Positions 57,185-64,000 of a DNA stretch of 64,000 bases are shown one piece after another. The stretch is taken from assembly GCF_009914755.1 (NCBI RefSeq), contig NC_060929.1. The stretch is one strand, 5' to 3'. The translations under genes and the position numbers were made by a program. Numbering within the stretch: the stretch's first letter is position 1; each line of letters starts with the position of its first letter. The notes under the pieces are model-generated. The model saw only the letters and a list, made by a program, of their open reading frames with translations, was not told the origin of the DNA and made no database searches. The DNA is from the human T2T-CHM13v2.0 reference genome, Homo sapiens.

Positions 57185-57950
57185 TAGAACCATCAAGGAG
57201 AAAAAGAAAGGAGGAATATTCATAAAAATGAATAGTAAATTGTGAACGAAAATAACTAAAAAATGAAACAAGAGCAGGTTGATATTAAAAGGGACAAGTT
57301 GGAAATTCTGGTAATAAAAACCATAGTATTTGAGTAAAAAACTCAATAGACAGGATTAACTCTGTCTTGGGTATAACAAGACGGAGAATTAATAAATTAG
57401 AAGGTTATATAGAGGAGCTTACCCAGAATGAGCAATAAAGAGTTAAGGAAGGGGAAAAAACATGAAATAGCAATTCAGAGACATGGAAGACATATTGAGA
57501 AGATCTAACATATGTCTAATAGGAGTTCAAGAATAAAATAGGGGAAAATATCTGTGAATCAATAGTCAAAGAGATACTATAAACTTTTCAGATGGAAGAA
57601 AATGATATATGTTCTCAGAAGAAAAGGTTACATACACCAAGTGCCAAAAAGAATACATAGTAACGAACCTATAACAGGAAACATTTTTCAGTGAAACTAC
57701 TGAACATTGAAGGCAGAGAGATAATCTTGAAAGCTTCCAAAGCAAAAAGACAGCTGCCCTGCAAGGAAAAGACAATTAGACTAACTCTCATCTACAATGG
57801 GTGCCAGAAAACAGCAGAATAATCTTCTCACAGCCTTGAGGAAAACCAATTATCAACCAAGGCTTCTATACCCAGGTAAACTATCATTCACAGCAGAGTA
57901 AAATAAATCATTTTCAAGAAAAAAGACTGAGTGTGTTATCACTCACATGC
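57185..57950 (+). mobile_element. Ancient L1 ORF1 / HAL1-like remnant, probably continuing from ~54400-54568
   Basis: agacatggaaga..tgagaagatctaacatatgtctaataggagttc and caaccaagg.ttctatacccag.taaactatcattc (resembles ORF1p QPRILYPAKLSF). Confidence 0.65.
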
Positions 57951-58929
57951 TAAGCCCCAAAATTGAGAAATCATTGATAAATATGATTAACTATTTACTT
58001 TAAGTAACTAATGTGTGTTTTTAAAAGGTAAATCTAAAAACCTAGATAGCAATACTATGGGAGTGGCATTCAATGAATAGAAATGCATGGTAAGTTCCTT
58101 AACCCTTTCAGGAATATAGAGATAGTTAATCATTCTACATTTTGTTAGAAATTTTACAATAAATATGCATGAAAATTTAGAGGTAATCTCAGAAAGTAAA
58201 AACTATAAAATAGAAGGCAGAGTCTTATAATGAACAGTCTTGAAAAATCTGTAGAACAGGACTTGAGTTGTGGAGATAACGGTTCAGTAAAGGCTGCCCA
58301 TGGCCTGAAAAAATAAAATTTCCCAATATTTTTTCTTTGCTACTAAAGAAGAACTTAAGCACTAAAGAATCAAATGCCATGAAATTGAATTCAGATACAA
58401 ATTTAAGTTTTTGCTTTTTAGTAACTAAAGGATTTAAAAGAGAAATTTAACATGGCCTCAACTCCTAAGTCGCTATTGATTATCAGATACAACATTTATG
58501 TAAAAAACAACTTTTTTCCTACTTGACCATTGATGAGAAGGTGCCACCTGATTTCCAAAACGTTAACATTTTAAATCGACAAAATGTATTAACTTACTTG
58601 ACTTTGAGCCAAGTAAAATTGTTCTCAAGTGCCTTGGACTCTTCCAAGGAAGCTTATTAAAATGCAGATCCTGGGGGCACTCTAAGAGACTCGGATTCTG
58701 AAGATTGGAAAAGGCTAGAGATTTGCATTTTTAACAGATAGTTCTGACACAGATGATGGGAAGACTGCAAATTTCTGAAATGTTGACTGAGTAAAATCAA
58801 AATAGTAATAAAATTAGCCAGGCAGCCCTGAGGGAATCTTAACAGCAAACATAAAAATTGAGCCACCCATTCTGAAAGACATCCAGGTTGGAACTAGGAA
58901 AATTCTAATTAATGAGTTAAATACTTGTT

Positions 58930-59100
58930 GAATCCTAATCTAGAAATCAAAAGACCTGGTTTCTGTTCCAGTTCTGCTGGTAATTAGCTTTGAGACTGTG
59001 GGAGAAGTAGGGGGATTATTTTTCCTCTCTGGGCCCAAGTTTCCTCATCTATAAAATAAGGTTAAATTATTCTCTGCCAGCTTTAATGTTCTTTGGCTCT
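58930..59100 (+). mobile_element. MIR fragment
   Basis: agacctggtttct..ccagttctgc..ctctctgggcccaagtttcctcatctataaaat. Confidence 0.65.
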
Positions 59101-60178
59101 GTGAGTTCACATAATGGGATTGTGGGCCAGTAATTAATCTAATCTTTATAGATTCTTCGAAAGAAGCCCCCCGCCTTATTTCCCCAGGAGATGGCAGTGG
59201 GAAAGTACAGCATAGAGAAACCACATTAATGCTGCAGAGAGGCAGGTTCTGAGTGAGACACCAAATTGACCCTCAATATCTGACCTCCACCTTCCCCGTT
59301 ACAAAACTTATTCTTTAAAAGCTTACCAAACGAATACAGCAAAGGATGGGTAAAGAAAATGCAGTCAATCTCTTCTAAATGCAAATTACCTTGGCAATTA
59401 TGCAAGCAATTTAAAATAACAACGAGTTGCAAGCAAGAACAACAAAGATTTGATTCCCAAGCTAGAAACTTTCAATTCAGCCGAAAGCTACAAATCCTGG
59501 GAAATGCAGGCCCCCAGAACTGCATGGATGGTGGTAACAGAGACACGTAACAAAACAAACTTCAGAGAAAAACTAGACTTACCTAGTTCTTCTAAGAAAA
59601 ATAGAGTTTTTCTTTAAAAGCGGTCTTTTGTGAGGCTTGGATTCCTCCAGCAATGAATGTAGAGCCAAGCTGTGAACCCAAAGACTGGAGCCCTACACAC
59701 CTCCCCAGCTTTTACTGTAGAAATCTTTATTTGTTCTGGAATCTCTTTTATCAACACTTCACTTACTCCTACAGTGTGAACTCCAAACAGTCCTGTTTAA
59801 GAAACTATCTGCAAATACCAGAATGGCTAATCCTAAAAATAAGGTGTTAATTGGTCTCTTGGTGATTCCAACCCCAAACATAATAAACTAGTATTTCTTT
59901 TTAAATGTGGGGGTTTTGCCCCACTGCTAGTCTGAAGTACTGGGTCTTTCTTTTTCTGCTGCTTTTCAGCTTATGTTTTAGGTAAAAATAAAGAAAAAAG
60001 AAACTAGTAAGAAATACAGTGAATCTTTGTCTCTCTTCATCTGACAGTAATTATAGGATGTTAAACCCAAAGTAAAGCAGGTCATACTGTATCTTCAGGA
60101 GGAGCCAAATTAGGAGGCAAGCTTGTCATTCCTGAAGTCTTCCTTATGGACATAGGAATCCAACAATTTAAAAAAAAA

Positions 60179-60635
<457 letters not shown>

Positions 60636-61793
60636 TAAATAATAAACACCTCTTAGTGCCTCTGGCCCAAATGCCCAGTTAACTGTGGCCCAGTTTCCCT
60701 GGGTGTTGGCTGAGTGTTTAGCTGGGGCAGAGAGCCAATCAACAAATTAGGAGCATTGATCCTTTTTATTATCTTTGTTTTTATCTCTCACTTCTGACCT
60801 GCAACAACATCCCATTGTCAGCTCAGATTCTGGAGCGTTTAAACCCTTCCCCTGCCACTGAGAAAGCGTTTTTCTAATGAGGAAGTAGTGTGACTGCAGA
60901 ACGGTGGTACAGTAGGAGGGATCTCCCCCGGTACCCATCACGCAGGGACAGACTGGCTCTGGGTTCTACTCCTAACTTCTCTCATCATTGGTACTACTCT
61001 CCACGACCATCATTTCAGAGAAATTTCTCTGCTTTGGTATACACAGGAATTTGACCTGGGATTTGTGTGAAATATTTACATTGTTTTTCATTTGGGTAGA
61101 TGGCCTCAGAACAATGCAGTTCCCAATTTCCTTGTGCTGTTCTCCTTTGCTTGCAAGCAGGACAGGAGCAGAGAATTAGAGGAAAGGATTTCACTGAGTG
61201 GTGTACAGTCTTTCCTCCAAACTTTCCATGGCAAACACAGTGTTGATCTATACTTGTGAGAACCTCCTGGGGCTGCATGTACTTCCTAATGGGCCTGGCT
61301 GCCAAGTTGCCTCTTGTGGGACTGACCTGGAGCCTCCAGAGCAAGGGTCAGGAGACAGGATGCAGGGTTTATGTCGCTGTCCGAACTGGGAGCACAGGCT
61401 GAGCTGCCCTACAGTGGGAACCGAAGGCTCAGACATTACTTCACATCTCAGCAGAATGATGCAATGATAGCTCTGCTGCAAGTTCTGCTAAACAGCTCAA
61501 TGTTTGGTTCTCCATCCTCAGTAATATTCTTGTCACTGAGCCAATGGCCTCATCAAAGGAACTAAGCAAGGATCCTCTAACAGCCTTTTTTCAGTTATTG
61601 GTAAGAACAGTAATAATTGTGGGTTCCCTATAACAAGCACTGTGCAAAAGCCATAAAAGGGAAAAATGGCCCTGTTTTTCCAGCATCACATCTTCCTAAA
61701 GATTAAGTATTTCTATATCAACCATTCAACCATTCATTGAGCAGTCTTCATGAGCATGGCAATATGCTGGGTGATGGGTTTGCTGGTGAATGA

Positions 61794-62221
<428 letters not shown>

Positions 62222-62784
62222 AAAGGCAAGTCCATTTCTAGCTGAGGAGGGGCAATCAGGAGTTGGGCTGTGTTGAGTTATCCTTGTGCATATCTTGTAC
62301 TCAGAGCTTATTTATCTCTATTAGAACCCAGCAAGCCTGGTGGTGTAAACGTCATCTCTTCTCTATATCAGAATGTAATGGAATAAGTTTTTTATCTAAA
62401 ACCTCACTTGGTGTAGCCTTTATATTATTTCCACTGTGATAGATGAAAGAAAAAAAGAGCAGTTTAGAATGATATCTAATAATAAACCTTACTGGTCATT
62501 CAAGATCTAGTGATATTCATTTGAAATCTGAAAAGGATTTCTGCCAGAGAATCAAGGCCTGAGGTTGTCTTCATTTCTTTACCATAACTCCCCTGCCTCC
62601 TTCTATCAGCAACGTACTCTCAGCACACCCCCAATTTCCTCTTCCCACTGCCTAAAACCGCATCTCCCAAAGACGTAACCTGGCAACCCTACCCAAGAGG
62701 CCCTTCCCACCACTCACCTGTTCTTTCTCTACAAGAGCAGCCTATCTGTTTCATTCATGAAATATATCACCATTTGTAATGTTT

Positions 62785-63093
<309 letters not shown>

Positions 63094-64000
63094 TGTAATG
63101 TTTATTTTCTTATCGGCAATCTTCCAGAACACACTGTAAGCTCTTTAAGGACAGAGGTTCTTTCTGTCACAATGCCCAGAAGATAGCAGATGTGAAAAAA
63201 TTGTTGCATGAATAAATTAGCAAATAAATAAGTAGTAGCACTATTACTTTAGGAAAGTCCTCATAGCGCTCTAGACCATGGTCGCCACACCCGTCAAATA
63301 AAAGAACTCACAAGGATCCAGGCTGAATATTCTATGATTCTAGGACTTGGTAAAATCAGCACTAGTGCTTCACCAGAAAATGCGAAGCAACCCTGACTTC
63401 AAGGCAGTTTTCCTAGTAGAAAGACATAATAGGTAATGGATGGAAGGATGTTCGGCATTCTTATCCCACTTTATAAAAAATGAAGACACCTAAATACATT
63501 TTGTGTATAAAAAGAGGCTCCTCCACACATGCAAGTAGATTGATTCAACCTGTGTCAGCAGCCAGGGGCCCTGGAGTCAGCCCCTCCACTGGAGGACACT
63601 AGCAAGAAGATATTTGCAAACTACTTTTTCTGATGGAGTCAAGAGAACCTCTGGTCTAACCCATGAGCTTGCATTAGTGCCTCAGCTCAGCCTAACTCCA
63701 GCACCATCTTATAGATCCTGAAAGTGGGTGGTCTGGAGCTCCGCTTCTAAACTTCCTCAGATTCAAGCAAATTCCACATTCATTTGAAAGACAGAGGCCA
63801 GAGGGATTGGCTGGATCAGGGAGGTTGGTAAATACAGTGCCTTTTTTTTTTTTCTTTTATCAACAGGAAATACAAGCTCCAGTTCTGGATGAAAGGGAAA
63901 AAAAAATCATTGAAAGTAATTTATATCTGAAACTGTTTAGTAGTGTCATCCTAATTTACAACAGAACCAATTCCAAATTAAAAAAAAAAAAGTCTTTTTC

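Noticed and set aside
61015-61565. Cluster of overlapping ORFs in a GC-richer unique segment
   Set aside because: No recognisable domain or convincing splice-bounded frame; expected from composition

Overview
Primate (human-like) genomic DNA with no recognisable protein-coding exon, RNA gene or CpG island. It reads as intergenic or deep-intronic sequence dominated by interspersed repeats: about 16 Alu elements (J/S/Y, most with readable target-site duplications), a complete THE1A MaLR provirus (45777-48055), a near full-length Tigger1 (54569-56915), ERV1/ERVL/MaLR LTRs (LTR1-group, MER34, MER21, MLT1A, MST, LTR40), MITE-like DNA transposons (MER44, MER1B, MER58, Tigger3a, MADE2, MER45A, MER5), and L1/L2/MIR fragments, several of them nested. 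The ORFs in the six-frame track appear repeat-derived or chance. The main structure not explained by known repeats is a young 312-bp interrupted direct duplication (24234-24545 / 25085-25396; 9 substitutions, no indels) inside a ~4.8-kb TE-poor block carrying several forkhead motifs. I found no convincing evidence of a novel biological system. Repeat family names come from remembered consensus sequences, not a database search; the locus could not be identified.
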